Shown here: positions 47,754 to 59,001 of the stretch, piece after piece | Position numbering within the stretch: position 1 is the stretch's first letter | Layout of the letters: each line of letters opens with the position of its first letter | From: an uncultured Planktomarina sp. | Lineage (GTDB): Bacteria > Pseudomonadota > Alphaproteobacteria > Rhodobacterales > Rhodobacteraceae | Assembly (NCBI RefSeq): GCF_905181815.1 | Contig: NZ_CAJIZA010000005.1 | Length of the DNA: 64,000 nt | Direction: 5' to 3' (one strand) | Position numbers and translations under genes: made by a program | Notes under the pieces: generated by a model | What the model was told of the DNA's origin: nothing | Seen by the model: only the letters and a program-made list of their open reading frames with translations | The model's database searches: none

Positions 47754-48863
47754 ATGTCACATAATGCGCTCACCGCCTTGGCCAAATCTTTGCCATCCAC
47801 CGTCCCCTTTGTGGGACCGGAAACCCAAGAAAGGGCCTTGGGCCGGGCTTTCTTGGCAAGGTTAGGGGCCAATGAAAGCCAATTTGGTCCCTCACCCCAT
47901 GCAATCGAGGCGATGGCACAAGCGGCGCAGGAGGTTTGGCAATATGGCGATCCGGAAAATCATGATCTGAGACAAGCGCTGGCCACGCATCACAACATTG
48001 ACCCGGGCCATATCACCATGGGCGAAGGTATTGACGGTCTTTTATTAACCTTGACCCGCCTGACCGTTGCACCATCAGATGACATTCTCAGCTCCCTCGG
48101 AGCCTATCCGACGTTTAATTATCATGCCGCCAGCAATGGCGGCACCATGCATACGGTGCCATATGTAGATGATCACGAAGATCTTCGAAGCCTTGCAGAG
48201 CAGGCCCACCTATTGGGCGCGAAACTGGTCTATTTGGCCAATCCCGACAATCCAATGGGTAGCTGGCACAGCGCTGATATTGTGCAAGAATTGATTGATA
48301 ATTTGCCCAATTCTAGCCTTTTGGTGCTTGATGAAGCCTATATCGAACTGGCGCCAAGCGGCACAGCGCCAGAATTGCGGCCCGAAACGGACAATGTGAT
48401 CCGTCTACGAACCTTTTCCAAAGCCTACGGGATGGCGGGCGGGCGCGTAGGCTATGCGATCGGGCCAAAATCGCTGATCTCAGCCTTCGACAAAATACGC
48501 AATCATTTCGGCCTGTCCCGAATTTCTCAGGCCGGGGCCTTGGCGGCCCTCAAAGACCAAGCCTATGTGTCTACAATCGTACAAAAAGTGGCAAAAAGCC
48601 GCAAGACCCTAGCGCAGATTGCCCAAGACAATGGCCTCATTCCCCTGCCCTCTGCCACAAATTTCGTTACGATAGATTGCGGCAGCGATGGCGATTTTGC
48701 CCGCACAGTAATGGAGCAGATGATCGCACGCGCTGTATTTATCCGTATGCCAGCCGTAGCACCGATGAACCGGTGCATCCGCATCTCTTGTGGAGATGAG
48801 GCGGCGATGGCTTTGGTTGCAAAAACCTTGCCAAAAGCCCTGAAAGCCGCACGATCCAGCTAA
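47754..48863 (+). CDS. class I/II PLP aminotransferase (histidinol-phosphate aminotransferase-like)
   Basis: LANPDNPMG, LDEAY and RTFSKAYGMAGGRVGY motifs. Confidence 0.85.
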   Translation: MSHNALTALAKSLPSTVPFVGPETQERALGRAFLARLGANESQFGPSPHAIEAMAQAAQEVWQYGDPENHDLRQALATHHNIDPGHITMGEGIDGLLLTLTRLTVAPSDDILSSLGAYPTFNYHAASNGGTMHTVPYVDDHEDLRSLAEQAHLLGAKLVYLANPDNPMGSWHSADIVQELIDNLPNSSLLVLDEAYIELAPSGTAPELRPETDNVIRLRTFSKAYGMAGGRVGYAIGPKSLISAFDKIRNHFGLSRISQAGALAALKDQAYVSTIVQKVAKSRKTLAQIAQDNGLIPLPSATNFVTIDCGSDGDFARTVMEQMIARAVFIRMPAVAPMNRCIRISCGDEAAMALVAKTLPKALKAARSS

Positions 48864-48864
48864 A

Positions 48865-50070
48865 CTAGCCGCGGGTCGCCTCTGCCAGCACACGCGCCGC
48901 GGCCTCCAATCCACCCTCACCATGGGGAATATCTAAGGCTATCAAGCCAGATTGGATCGCCCCAAGCGTTCCCATTATCATCTGCGCATTGACATGCCCC
49001 ATATGCCCAATGCGAAAAAAACCATCGGCATTCGGATCGTCATCTGTGGCCATATTCAAGCCTATGCCCAGCGTCAGTCCGGCTTTATGCTCTGTCCAGC
49101 GGCGCAAATTGAGCCCGTTGGGCGCCCCAAGCGAGAGCGCCGTCACCGCGCGGCTGCGCAAAGTTGGTTCGGCGATATTCATCGCCAATGGTCCGCCTTT
49201 ACCCCAAGCTTTGCAAGCCGCCCAAACCGCCTGCGCGATCGCCTCATGCCGCGCCCAGACATGGCTCAATTCTTCTTCAAGAATCATATCCAAAGCCTCC
49301 CGCAAGCCCAGCAAATGTTGCGTTGGTGCAGTGCCGCAGAAATATTGATAAAAATATTCGGGATTTATGCGCGCATTCCAGTCCCAGTACGAACTCACTC
49401 GGGTCATCGCATTACGCGCCACGGCGGCCTTATCTGAGAAAAACACAAAGGAAATACCCGGCGGAGTCATCAAGCCTTTTTGACAGGCTGTGACCATGAG
49501 ATCGACGCCCCATTCATCCATTAAAAATTTATCACATCCAAGACTGGCGATACAATCGACCATGAGCAAAGCGCCATGCCCCGCGGCGTCAAGACTGCGC
49601 CGCAGACCCGCGATATCGTTGAGCACTGAGGTCGATGTGTCTACATGGACCGCCATCACAGCTTTAATGCGACCAGAGCTATCGGCGGCAAGATGGGCCT
49701 CGACCTGCGCCAAATCAATCGTAGCTTGGTTGCCAAAATCTAGTGTTTCCACCGTGACCCCGAGGGCGCGGGCCATTTCGCCCCACCCTTCGCAGAACAA
49801 TCCCGTTGCCAGAACCAAGACCGTATCGCCAGCCGCCAACACATTAGAGGCAGCCGCCTCCCAAGCGCCATGGCCATTGGCGATATAGATTACCGCCTGA
49901 CCGGCCGTGCCAGCCACATGTTTCAAATCGGGAATCAAACTATGCGTCAGCTCAATCAATCCCCCCTCATAGATATTTGGGCAGGGTTGATACATGGCTT
50001 GCAAAACGCGTTCAGGCATGACCGAAGGGCCTGGGATGGCGAGATAGGAACGGCCTTGGGACAGTGACAT
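48865..50070 (-). CDS. class V aminotransferase (serine/alanine--glyoxylate type)
   Basis: 401 aa. IPGPSVMPERVLQAM N-terminus, typical of the AGXT/SPT family. Confidence 0.85.
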   Translation of the reverse strand: MSLSQGRSYLAIPGPSVMPERVLQAMYQPCPNIYEGGLIELTHSLIPDLKHVAGTAGQAVIYIANGHGAWEAAASNVLAAGDTVLVLATGLFCEGWGEMARALGVTVETLDFGNQATIDLAQVEAHLAADSSGRIKAVMAVHVDTSTSVLNDIAGLRRSLDAAGHGALLMVDCIASLGCDKFLMDEWGVDLMVTACQKGLMTPPGISFVFFSDKAAVARNAMTRVSSYWDWNARINPEYFYQYFCGTAPTQHLLGLREALDMILEEELSHVWARHEAIAQAVWAACKAWGKGGPLAMNIAEPTLRSRAVTALSLGAPNGLNLRRWTEHKAGLTLGIGLNMATDDDPNADGFFRIGHMGHVNAQMIMGTLGAIQSGLIALDIPHGEGGLEAAARVLAEATRG

Positions 50071-50173
50071 AGAAATTCACCTTTATTATGATGGCTTATC
50101 GGTATTCGCGGTTTCCTGCCGCGTCAAGCGGCCGTCCCTTGCAGCAACTCAAACAAAGCACTAACAGGCGCCT

Positions 50174-51943
50174 ATGGACATGAAATCATCATCCCCCAAA
50201 GACATAAAACAAGGCGCCTTATTCCTGTGGCTCTGGCGCGAATATTTGCGACGCCATATGTGGGTCTTGGCGATTATCGTCGTGTTGATGATGATCGAAG
50301 GCAGCATGGTGGGCGGGCTTGCCTGGATGATGCAGCCTCTTTTTGACGGAGTCTTTGTCGGCGGTAGCAAAAGCCAACTGTGGTTGGTGGGCGGTATTGT
50401 CTTGGGTTTATTTTTAATCCGAGGAGTGCTCTCCGTGGTGCACCGGGTGCTCATGACAAAAATTGCCAAGAAATCCGTAGCCGATTTGCAAAATGATTTG
50501 CTGCGCCATTTGCTGCAATTGGATCTCAGCTTTTTCTCCCGCTATGCACCAGGATATTTGATGGAGCGGGTCAACGGCGATGTGCAGTCGGTGGCCGGAA
50601 TATGGGCGCTTTTGGTGCGTGGCGCGGCCCGCGATCTAATCGGACTAGTATCACTTTTTGCGGTCATGCTATCAATAGATTGGTTCTGGACCTTTGCGGC
50701 TTTGGTCGGCGCGCCTTTGTTATTGTTCCCTTCACTGGTCGCACAACGCTACACGCGCAAACAGGCCGTCAAAGCCCGAGAAGTCGCCGGCAATATGGCC
50801 ACGCGCCTCAATGAAGCCTTCCACGGGGTCGGAACGATCAAGCTCAACGGTCTTGAGCGCTACTATACCGACCGCTATCGTGCCCTTACGAAACGGCAGA
50901 TTGAAGTAGAGGTCAAAACTCTCTTCGGCACAGCCGTTATCCCCTCGCTGGTGGATGTAATGAGCGGCATCGGTTTTGCCTGTGTGATCATTTACGGTGG
51001 ATATGAAATCATCAGTGGCGCCAAAACAGTCGGGCAATTCATGGCCTTCTTCAGCGCATTAGGATTGGCGTTTGAACCGCTGCGCCGCTTGGCCGGCATC
51101 TCTGGGCTGATCAATGCAGCTTCTGTATCCATTCAGAGAATGCGAGATATTTTCAACCATCAGCCCACACTGCTCGGCCCGGATCATCCAACACCCGTGC
51201 AGCCCTTTGGCGATATTGAATTTAAAAACGTCAGTTTGGAGTTTGGCGAAACGCCGGTGCTGCGTGACGTCTCCTTCCGCGCGCCTGCTGGGAAAACCAC
51301 CGCTATTGTAGGCGCCTCTGGTGCGGGCAAAACAACGATCTTCAATGCGCTCACCCGGCTTTACGCCCATAGCTCGGGCGAAATTACGATCTCCGGCCTC
51401 GCAAATACGGACATTGATCCTAGCGCCCTTCGGGCGTGCATCTCGGTGGTGTCGCAAGACAGCTTACTGTTTGATGAAACCCTTGGGGAGAACATCACAC
51501 TTGATGCGCGCAATACCGATCCTTCGAAACTCAATGAGGCGATCTCAGCGGCCCATGTTGCCGATTTTCTGCCAACTTTGGCCCAAGGCATGGACACCGA
51601 AGTTGGGCCACGCGGCACAAATCTGTCCGGTGGTCAGCGTCAACGGGTCGCCATTGCCCGCGCGCTTTTGCGCGATACGCCAATTTTGCTTTTGGATGAG
51701 GCCACCTCAGCGCTTGACACCCAATCAGAGGTTCTGGTGCAAAACGCTTTAGAGAAACTCTCTGCAAACCGCACCACTTTGGTCATCGCTCATCGCCTGT
51801 CGACGATTGTCTCTGCCGATCATATCATTGTTATGGACAGAGGCCGGATGATTGAGCGGGGCACTCATTCAGAGCTGATTGCGGCTGGTGGACATTATTC
51901 GAATCTATGCCGCTTGCAATTTGATCACTCCGAAAGCCAATAG
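50174..51943 (+). CDS. ABC exporter, fused permease/ATPase (MsbA-like)
   Basis: Six-TM N-terminal half. Walker A GASGAGKTT, signature LSGGQRQR, Walker B LLLDEATSALD. Confidence 0.9.
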   Translation: MDMKSSSPKDIKQGALFLWLWREYLRRHMWVLAIIVVLMMIEGSMVGGLAWMMQPLFDGVFVGGSKSQLWLVGGIVLGLFLIRGVLSVVHRVLMTKIAKKSVADLQNDLLRHLLQLDLSFFSRYAPGYLMERVNGDVQSVAGIWALLVRGAARDLIGLVSLFAVMLSIDWFWTFAALVGAPLLLFPSLVAQRYTRKQAVKAREVAGNMATRLNEAFHGVGTIKLNGLERYYTDRYRALTKRQIEVEVKTLFGTAVIPSLVDVMSGIGFACVIIYGGYEIISGAKTVGQFMAFFSALGLAFEPLRRLAGISGLINAASVSIQRMRDIFNHQPTLLGPDHPTPVQPFGDIEFKNVSLEFGETPVLRDVSFRAPAGKTTAIVGASGAGKTTIFNALTRLYAHSSGEITISGLANTDIDPSALRACISVVSQDSLLFDETLGENITLDARNTDPSKLNEAISAAHVADFLPTLAQGMDTEVGPRGTNLSGGQRQRVAIARALLRDTPILLLDEATSALDTQSEVLVQNALEKLSANRTTLVIAHRLSTIVSADHIIVMDRGRMIERGTHSELIAAGGHYSNLCRLQFDHSESQ

Positions 51944-51994
51944 GGCCCGAGCCGCCGCCTTTTGTCTCTCGCAATGCATTATTTAGAGGCCTTT

Positions 51995-52672
51995 CTATGG
52001 TTTTTGATACCGACGCGCCAAATCTTCGGGATTTGCACCCAAGAAATACCGCAACAAAAGGCCTAGGTTCTTAGCCCCACGACGCAACCACCCCTGCTTC
52101 TGATACTTGTCAGCGCGAGTGAAGGCATAGGCTGGCAGTCGGTGGATTTTCAGCTTTAAGGCTCGCACCAGCGCCACATCTTCCATCAGCGGTTGATCTG
52201 GATAGCCACCCGCCCTTTCATAATCACTCCGGCGCAGCAAGAGCCCCTGATCACCATAAGGAAGACCAAAAAGGTCACTCCGCAAATTCGCCCAAGCCGC
52301 CACCCATCTGGCCGCAAAGCCTTTGGCGCGGAAGGCTAGTGAAAAACACAGCGGGCCTTTCTGCATACAGGCTTTCACCTGCTCGGCCCAGCCCTCTTGC
52401 AAGATCGTATCCGCATGCAAAACCATCACCCATGCGCCGCGCGTGACCGCCACCCCCCGGCGCAATTGCACGCCGCGCGAGGCCGCACCGATCACAATCT
52501 CCGCGCCCCACGCCGTCGCGATGGGACAGCTGGCATCCATCGATCCGCCGTCAGAGACAACCACCTCACAGATCAATCCTGCATCCAATCCCTCCATCAA
52601 CGACAAAAGGGTTGCCGGCAGGCCCTTGGCAGAATTAAGCGTTGGGATAACAACGGAAATCGGTGCAGACAT
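51995..52672 (-). CDS. family 2 glycosyltransferase
   Basis: ISVVIPTLNSAKGL…VVSDGGS N-terminal GT2 pattern. 225 aa. Confidence 0.8.
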   Translation of the reverse strand: MSAPISVVIPTLNSAKGLPATLLSLMEGLDAGLICEVVVSDGGSMDASCPIATAWGAEIVIGAASRGVQLRRGVAVTRGAWVMVLHADTILQEGWAEQVKACMQKGPLCFSLAFRAKGFAARWVAAWANLRSDLFGLPYGDQGLLLRRSDYERAGGYPDQPLMEDVALVRALKLKIHRLPAYAFTRADKYQKQGWLRRGAKNLGLLLRYFLGANPEDLARRYQKP

Positions 52673-52732
52673 GAGGCCTCTGGCTTTGCGATCAAAACAG
52701 CTTATATGGAAACTCTAGACAAAGGAATACCC

Positions 52733-53464
52733 ATGGCCCAGCCCGAACAGCCACGCAGCATTCTTCAAGTAACCGGTGCTGACCGGATGGGCTTTTTGCA
52801 AAATCTTGTGACCAATGACGTCTGCGCACCCGGACTGCATTACGCAGCGCTGTTGACTCCACAGGGCAAGTATCTTGCAGATTTCTTCGTGTTGCAACGA
52901 CCGGATGATCTACTCATCGACGTGGCCTCAGAGATTTGCCCCAGCATAAGCATGCGCCTCAATATGTACCGCCTGCGCGCAGATGTGCAAATTACCGAAG
53001 TGAATATAGAACTGTGCTGCGGATTGGGCACCGTCCCTCCAGATGGATTTGCCGATCCGCGCAATCCAAATTTGGGCTGGCGCGCCTACGGACGGCAAGA
53101 GGCAGGTGTCATCGATTGGCCAGCCTTGCGCGTGGCGCATATTATACCAGAGACCGGAATAGAGTTAACTCCAGACCGCTTTATCCTGGAAATGGATTTC
53201 GAGCGTCTCAACGGGGTAGATTTTAAAAAAGGCTGCTATGTCGGGCAAGAAATCGTCGCGCGCATGAAACATAAAACTGAGCTTCGCAAAGGCTTGCGGC
53301 AAGTTAAGATGTCAGGATCAGCGCCGATTGGCACTGCCATTTTTGCCAATGAAAAACCCGCCGGCGTTTTATATACACAGCATGGTAGGCTTGCATTGGC
53401 CTATCTGCGCTTTGATCGCATCGCGCCTGAGATGATTGCAGGCTCTGCGATCATCACTATTTAG
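52733..53464 (+). CDS. ygfZ: YgfZ/CAF17-family folate-binding protein
   Basis: …[17 protein letters not shown]…LLTPQGK… and [15 protein letters not shown] motif. An alternative ATG lies at 52706. Confidence 0.8.
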   Translation: MAQPEQPRSILQVTGADRMGFLQNLVTNDVCAPGLHYAALLTPQGKYLADFFVLQRPDDLLIDVASEICPSISMRLNMYRLRADVQITEVNIELCCGLGTVPPDGFADPRNPNLGWRAYGRQEAGVIDWPALRVAHIIPETGIELTPDRFILEMDFERLNGVDFKKGCYVGQEIVARMKHKTELRKGLRQVKMSGSAPIGTAIFANEKPAGVLYTQHGRLALAYLRFDRIAPEMIAGSAIITI

Positions 53465-54024
53465 GCCCGTTCTGTGTATTCCATCGAAATAGTGTCTACG
53501 ATGATCAACTCGTCTTGCCCCACAAAGGGCGGCACCATGACTTTCAATCCATTGTCCAAAACAGCAGGCTTGAAGGAATTTGCCGCAGTTTGACCTTTGA
53601 CCACAGGCTCTGTCTCAACGATTTTGCATGTCACCTTTTGGGGCAGAGTGACATGCAGCGCTTCGGCCTCATGATATTCAATCTGAACGGTCATCCCGTC
53701 TTGCAAAAACGGACGGCGATCACCAAGCAGTTCCGCCGGCAGCTCGATCTGATCATAGGTTTCCATATCCATGAACACCAACATGCCATCATTTTCGTAC
53801 AGAAACTGCTGATCCTTTTGCTCCAAGCGCACCTTTTCCACTTTGTCAGCGGAGCGGAATCGCTCGTTCAATTTTGATCCATTGCGCAGATTGCGCATCT
53901 CGACCTGAGCAAAAGCCCCTCCTTTTCCGGGTTTAACGTGATCGATTTTCACTGCGCTCCAGAGGCCGCCATTATGCTCAAGCACATTGCCGATACGTAT
54001 TTCATTTCCGTTAATCTTTGGCAT
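53461..54024 (-). CDS. efp: elongation factor P
   Basis: 187 aa. [17 protein letters not shown]… is typical EF-P. Confidence 0.95.
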   Translation of the reverse strand: MPKINGNEIRIGNVLEHNGGLWSAVKIDHVKPGKGGAFAQVEMRNLRNGSKLNERFRSADKVEKVRLEQKDQQFLYENDGMLVFMDMETYDQIELPAELLGDRRPFLQDGMTVQIEYHEAEALHVTLPQKVTCKIVETEPVVKGQTAANSFKPAVLDNGLKVMVPPFVGQDELIIVDTISMEYTERA

Positions 54025-54239
54025 ATATAGAACCTTGGGTAAAAGGTTGATTTTGATTTAACACCGCCTATATCGAAGCGGTAACGGGGTTTCAAGCCAC
54101 GACTGACGCAGCGGACGGGAGCCTAGCTATGCATCCAGTGCATGGCAGACATTCCGAAAGAGACCACCCGAATCATTTCTGATGCTGCATAAGAGGCACA
54201 GATCGGAAAGTTCAAGAGCAAGAATTAAAAGGACACGAG

Positions 54240-54551
54240 ATGAAAGATTTCGTCGACGGAAACGCCTTTAACAATGAACAGGGCAACCGTGCCCGCAAAC
54301 TTTTTGCTGCCGTTGTATTGGCTGCATTAGATGACGCGATTGCGGACGACAAGAAATATGGCAACGGACCTGAGCAAATTGCGCGTTGGGCCCGTTCTCG
54401 CGATGGACGCGAAGTGCTCTCCTGTGCCGGGATTGATCCCAACGAACGCGTGGTCTCCGGCCTCATGGATTTTGTTGGCAAAGGCATCCGCACTTCCGTG
54501 GCTCTTAGCCGCGAAGAGAGCGAGCGCCGCCAGCAAGCAGAAGCTGCATAG
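54240..54551 (+). CDS. conserved-looking hypothetical protein
   Basis: 103 aa with a good RBS (AAAGGA) and a terminator downstream. No motif recognised. Confidence 0.55.
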   Translation: MKDFVDGNAFNNEQGNRARKLFAAVVLAALDDAIADDKKYGNGPEQIARWARSRDGREVLSCAGIDPNERVVSGLMDFVGKGIRTSVALSREESERRQQAEAA

Positions 54552-54575
54552 AACCTCTTAAGGGTTTTGACCGCC

Positions 54576-54599
54576 AACGCGCCCAAATGGGCGCGTTTT
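54576..54599 (+). terminator. rho-independent terminator
   Basis: ACGCGCCC-AAAT-GGGCGCGT followed by TTT. Confidence 0.6.
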
Positions 54600-54748
54600 G
54601 CGTTTCGGCGATCAGATTGCTGAAAAATTCAAATTTGCCATATTAAAGATGGCCCATGCTCAAACCACTGCCTAAACTTAGAGAATGCTGGAACCGCCAA
54701 ACTAGTATCCATTTTGGCTGAACATGCTCAGGCCTCAGGGAGAGCCTT

Positions 54749-56206
54749 ATGACCAAAGCGATTATGATACAGGGTGCCGGATCAAATGTCGGAAAATCCA
54801 TCTTAGTGGCAGGGATCTGCCGCGCATTGGCCAAACGCGGCCATCATCCGGCACCGTTCAAGCCGCAAAATATGTCCAATAATGCCGCTGTCACCGTTGA
54901 CGGTGGCGAGATTGGCCGCGCGCAGGCGCTGCAAGCCCTCGCCTGCGGACGGCCCGCTATCATCGATATGAACCCAGTGCTGTTGAAACCCGAGTCCGAA
55001 ATTGGTGCGCAGGTGGTGGTTCAAGGCCAACGGGTCGCCACTGTCAAAGCCCGAGACTATGCGGCAGTCAAAACCACCTTGATGCCACGGGTGCTGGACT
55101 CCTTTCACCGCTTGGCCAAAAGTACCGATTTTGTCGTTATAGAGGGCGCCGGAAGCCCAGCTGAAATCAACCTGCGCTCCGGGGATATCGCAAATATGGG
55201 TTTCGCAGAGGCTGCCAATGTTCCAGTGATCTTGATTGGTGACATTGACCGCGGTGGGGTGATCGCACAAATGGTCGGAACGCATGCGGTTCTGCCGATC
55301 GAAGATCGCACCCGGATCACAGGTTTTGCAATCAATAAGTTCCGAGGGGATGTATCGCTATTTGATGAGGGCATGACCGCCATTTCTGAGCATACCGGAT
55401 GGGCGTCACTCGGCGTATTGCCATGGTTTGCCGAAGCTTGGAAACTGCCGGCCGAGGATGTGATGGATATCACAACACGGGCCGGTGGCGAGATCAAAAT
55501 TGCAGTGCCACGTTTGGCGCGTATTTCCAATTTCGATGATCTCGACCCACTGGTGGCCGAGCCCAACGTGACCGTTGAAATCATTGAACAAGGTCAGCCA
55601 TTGCCCGGTGACGCGTCACTCGTGATCCTGCCTGGCAGCAAATCCACTATCAGTGATCTGGAAAATTTTTGTGCCAATGGCTGGGATATTGATCTTCAGG
55701 CGCATCACCGCCGAGGTGGTCAAATCATCGGCATTTGCGGTGGTTATCAAATGCTGGGGCGCAAAGTACATGACCCTGACGGAATAGAAGGCGCGCCGCG
55801 CTCCATCGATGGGTTGGGATATTTAAATATTGAAACCACAATGATTCCAAAGAAAAACCTGTCGTTGACCAAAGCGCGCAGTGTCAAAACCAACACGCCC
55901 GTCAGTGGCTATGAGATCCACCTCGGCCAGAGCAGCGGAACGGATTGCCAAAATCCATGGCTAAAGCTCGCAGATCGGAATGAGGGGGCGATTTCCGCTG
56001 ATGGTCAGGTGCGCGGGTGTTATTTGCACGGTCTTTTTGCCTCTGATGGCTTTCGAGCAGAGGTCTTGGCAATGCTCGGCACGCAATCGCAGCTCGCCTC
56101 CTATGATGCGGCTGTGGAGGACACTTTGGATCGACTCGCCGCCTTTATCGAGCTGCATCTAAATGTCGATGCACTGATCGCTTTAGCAAGACCCATCGCG
56201 CCCTAG
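54749..56206 (+). CDS. cobQ: cobyric acid synthase
   Basis: 485 aa. N-terminal GAGSNVGKS P-loop-like segment and a C-terminal glutamine amidotransferase domain (GICGGYQMLG). Confidence 0.93.
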   Translation: MTKAIMIQGAGSNVGKSILVAGICRALAKRGHHPAPFKPQNMSNNAAVTVDGGEIGRAQALQALACGRPAIIDMNPVLLKPESEIGAQVVVQGQRVATVKARDYAAVKTTLMPRVLDSFHRLAKSTDFVVIEGAGSPAEINLRSGDIANMGFAEAANVPVILIGDIDRGGVIAQMVGTHAVLPIEDRTRITGFAINKFRGDVSLFDEGMTAISEHTGWASLGVLPWFAEAWKLPAEDVMDITTRAGGEIKIAVPRLARISNFDDLDPLVAEPNVTVEIIEQGQPLPGDASLVILPGSKSTISDLENFCANGWDIDLQAHHRRGGQIIGICGGYQMLGRKVHDPDGIEGAPRSIDGLGYLNIETTMIPKKNLSLTKARSVKTNTPVSGYEIHLGQSSGTDCQNPWLKLADRNEGAISADGQVRGCYLHGLFASDGFRAEVLAMLGTQSQLASYDAAVEDTLDRLAAFIELHLNVDALIALARPIAP

Positions 56207-56237
56207 ACGCCGCTTCGTCACGTGGCTCAAGCGGATG

Positions 56238-56585
56238 TCAAGTATCACGATCTTCAATCATAGTCCGAAGGGCACTCGACAGTTCGTCGCGCATCGGACC
56301 GGCCAGGGCACGGCGGAGGTTGGCAATGACCTCCAAATATTCGGGATCATGTGACAGTGTCGCAGCGGGCTTGGGCGGCTCTTGGTCCACTTGGTCCGCG
56401 CTGGGTCCATCAGCGCGTGTGAGCACCATAGGCCCCAAGGACGGCAGCAACACCCGCTGGCTAGCTTGCAACACCAAAGGGGCGGCCACGGCAGAGACCT
56501 GTGCCGAGACTGGGACATCAGAAATTAACCTGCGCATGGATAGAACCAAAGCATCTGGCTTAGGATAGTCGTCCTTACAGGTCAA
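56238..56585 (-). CDS. hypothetical protein (possibly DUF2497-like)
   Basis: TTG start 4 nt after GGAGG. The position next to tolC/pcm resembles alphaproteobacterial synteny. Weak. Confidence 0.45.
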   Translation of the reverse strand: MTCKDDYPKPDALVLSMRRLISDVPVSAQVSAVAAPLVLQASQRVLLPSLGPMVLTRADGPSADQVDQEPPKPAATLSHDPEYLEVIANLRRALAGPMRDELSSALRTMIEDRDT

Positions 56586-56634
56586 AGAACCTCCTTTTCA
56601 CCGGGGCTTGCGCTTAACACGCGCAGCAGCCGGT

Positions 56635-57999
56635 TCAATTTCCATCCAAGCCTTGCAGCACTCGATCCAATGCCGCGCCCTGCTTACTTTTGGCCCGCGG
56701 TGCCGACTTTACCAGATTGTAATATTCCGCCGGGTCATAGGTTTTTACCCCAAGATCAAGCTCTGTCGCAGTTAATTTCCCCATCGCAGCGAGCAGGCTA
56801 TAACTCGCGACCTGCTCATCTATCCGTGTTGAAATACGACTCACGCGCGCATCAAGCAGCTCCTGCTCAGCATTTAGTACATCCAAGGTCGTCCGCGCTC
56901 CTAAAGAGGCTTCTTCCCGCACACCGCGAAAGGCCACGCTGGCAGCCTCAATTTGCCGATCCGTCGCCTCGCCCGTGGCCCGGGCCACCTCCAGCACAAC
57001 AAAGGCATTGCGCACGGCCTGCTCGACCTCAAGCCCCACAAGATGCAGCCCCGCCCGCTTTGCATCTCGTTGTGCCATCGCGGAACGGCTGGCCGAGGCA
57101 ATGGCGCCACCGCTGTAAACTGGTCCACTGACGGTCAAACTCAGGCTGCGTGTCAATGGGCCATCGAGGTCCACGTTAGAGACCCCTGCGTCAGCTTCAA
57201 ACCTTGGGCGATAAGTCAGCTGCGAGGCCTTCAACGCAAGCTCAGCAGCTGCCACCTCATGTTGCACGCGCGTAAGTTCCGGGTGATGGGCCCGCGCGTT
57301 GGAAATGGCGGCAGAAACTTCTGTTGGCAATTCTGGCAGGCTAGAAGGGGTTGCGAGATCACCTGGTTTACGACCAACAACCGCATGATATTCCGCCGCG
57401 GCCTTCGCCAAATCGCCTTGAGCCCCCGCAAGCGACGCGCGAGCACTGGCCAAACGCGCCTCCGCCAATGCCACATCAGTCCGGGTGACCTCGCCCACAT
57501 CGAACCGATCTTGAGCGGCGCGCAATTCCTGTTCAATCAATTCCACATTGGCCGATCGCAGTGACACAAATTCCACCGAGCGACGGTAATTCATATGAGC
57601 TGTCACCGCGCGCAGAAGCACATTTTGTTCAATCGACACCAAAGATTGCCGGGTCGCCAAAATAGTTTTTTTCAGTGCTTCGGTCTGCAAATCAGAACGG
57701 CCAAAATCATAGAGCAGCCATTTAGCGTTCAAACTTGCGGTCAAACTGTCGCTGCTGGCCACGTCATTGTAACTGTGGGCGAATCTTGAGCTCCAACCGA
57801 TCACCGGACGCAAGGCGGCTACGGCGTCAGCAACTTTTTCATCCGCGGCGCGCAGCAAGGCGCGATTTTGCACCAATAGACCGCTGTTTTGATAGGCATT
57901 GCGCAGGCTGTCTCGCAGGCTTTCAGCCGCGGCCAGGTTGGGTGTGGCCAAAATCAAAATGGCCGCACAGCTTAATTCAGCAAATTTCCGTCCAAACAT
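56635..57999 (-). CDS. tolC: TolC-family outer membrane channel
   Basis: Signal peptide MFGRKFAELSCAAILILATPNLAAA followed by two OEP repeats. Confidence 0.88.
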   Translation of the reverse strand: MFGRKFAELSCAAILILATPNLAAAESLRDSLRNAYQNSGLLVQNRALLRAADEKVADAVAALRPVIGWSSRFAHSYNDVASSDSLTASLNAKWLLYDFGRSDLQTEALKKTILATRQSLVSIEQNVLLRAVTAHMNYRRSVEFVSLRSANVELIEQELRAAQDRFDVGEVTRTDVALAEARLASARASLAGAQGDLAKAAAEYHAVVGRKPGDLATPSSLPELPTEVSAAISNARAHHPELTRVQHEVAAAELALKASQLTYRPRFEADAGVSNVDLDGPLTRSLSLTVSGPVYSGGAIASASRSAMAQRDAKRAGLHLVGLEVEQAVRNAFVVLEVARATGEATDRQIEAASVAFRGVREEASLGARTTLDVLNAEQELLDARVSRISTRIDEQVASYSLLAAMGKLTATELDLGVKTYDPAEYYNLVKSAPRAKSKQGAALDRVLQGLDGN

Positions 58000-58034
58000 C
58001 TGTGCTCTCCCAGGCAAAAGAATCATTTCAATTT

Positions 58035-58688
58035 CTAAAGCGCAAAACTGCGCTCTGTCACAAACCCGTTCAAGACTGGCGCAAACGCATTGCAGGCAAA
58101 ACGCCAAGACATCTGGCCATCGATTTTATAGCCCACCCGAACCACGCCCTGACCTTTTTGGCTAAAGACCGCAACAATACGGCCCCCTTCAGCCAATTGC
58201 GCGATCACGACCTCTGGCATGTGCTCCACCGCCCCTTGCACGACAATCACGTCAAAAGGGGCGTGTTGCGCGGCCCCTTCGGCCAAAGCGCCCTGCACAA
58301 CGGCTACGTTCAAACAGCCCTCAGCGGCCAAATTCGCCTCCGCCTCAGCAGCCATATCTTCATTTTCTTCAATAGCGACAACAGCTTCAGAGAACTTCCC
58401 AATGACAGCAGACGAGTAGCCAAGACCGCAACCGAGATCCAGTACCAACTCATTGCCTTGAATATCCACAGCATCTAGCATTTTGGCAAAGGTGCGCGGC
58501 TCAAGGATCATGCGGTCGTGGCCTAGGTCCAAAATCGCATCCGCATAGGCTGTTTCGCTTAGGTGATCTGGCACGAAGACCTCACGCCGGACGTGAAGCA
58601 TGGCGTCAATAATGGGAAATTTTGTCACGTCCGCAGGTCTAATCTGGGTATCAACCATTGTTGTCCGGCGAGTCAAAAAGTCAGTCAT
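58035..58688 (-). CDS. pcm: protein-L-isoaspartate O-methyltransferase
   Basis: VLDLGCGLGYSSAV SAM-binding motif. Start at MTDFLTRR. Confidence 0.88.
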   Translation of the reverse strand: MTDFLTRRTTMVDTQIRPADVTKFPIIDAMLHVRREVFVPDHLSETAYADAILDLGHDRMILEPRTFAKMLDAVDIQGNELVLDLGCGLGYSSAVIGKFSEAVVAIEENEDMAAEAEANLAAEGCLNVAVVQGALAEGAAQHAPFDVIVVQGAVEHMPEVVIAQLAEGGRIVAVFSQKGQGVVRVGYKIDGQMSWRFACNAFAPVLNGFVTERSFAL

Positions 58689-58870
58689 GTCAGGTATTCC
58701 TGTCGTCAAAGAATCTCGCAGTTATCCCACATGCGCCATTGCCCTGCAACGACAAGAACTGCCATCAGACAAAATCTCGTGTGGATTTCTCGATAATAAT
58801 ATAGAAGTCTTTTCTACAGGTAAATGTCGCGCGTCCGGCTCGATCAATTTAAACTGTCATTGGGATGATT

Positions 58871-58946
<76 letters not shown>

Positions 58947-59001
58947 GATAGCCGCGATATAGATCGGGCAAGCCCGGGGGGCAAGCGGTTTTTTCAGTTT
59001 T

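Noticed and set aside
54600-54748. Cobalamin riboswitch upstream of cobQ
   Set aside because: The segment is only about 150 nt. It has ACCACTGCC but no convincing B12 box or the surrounding conserved helices.
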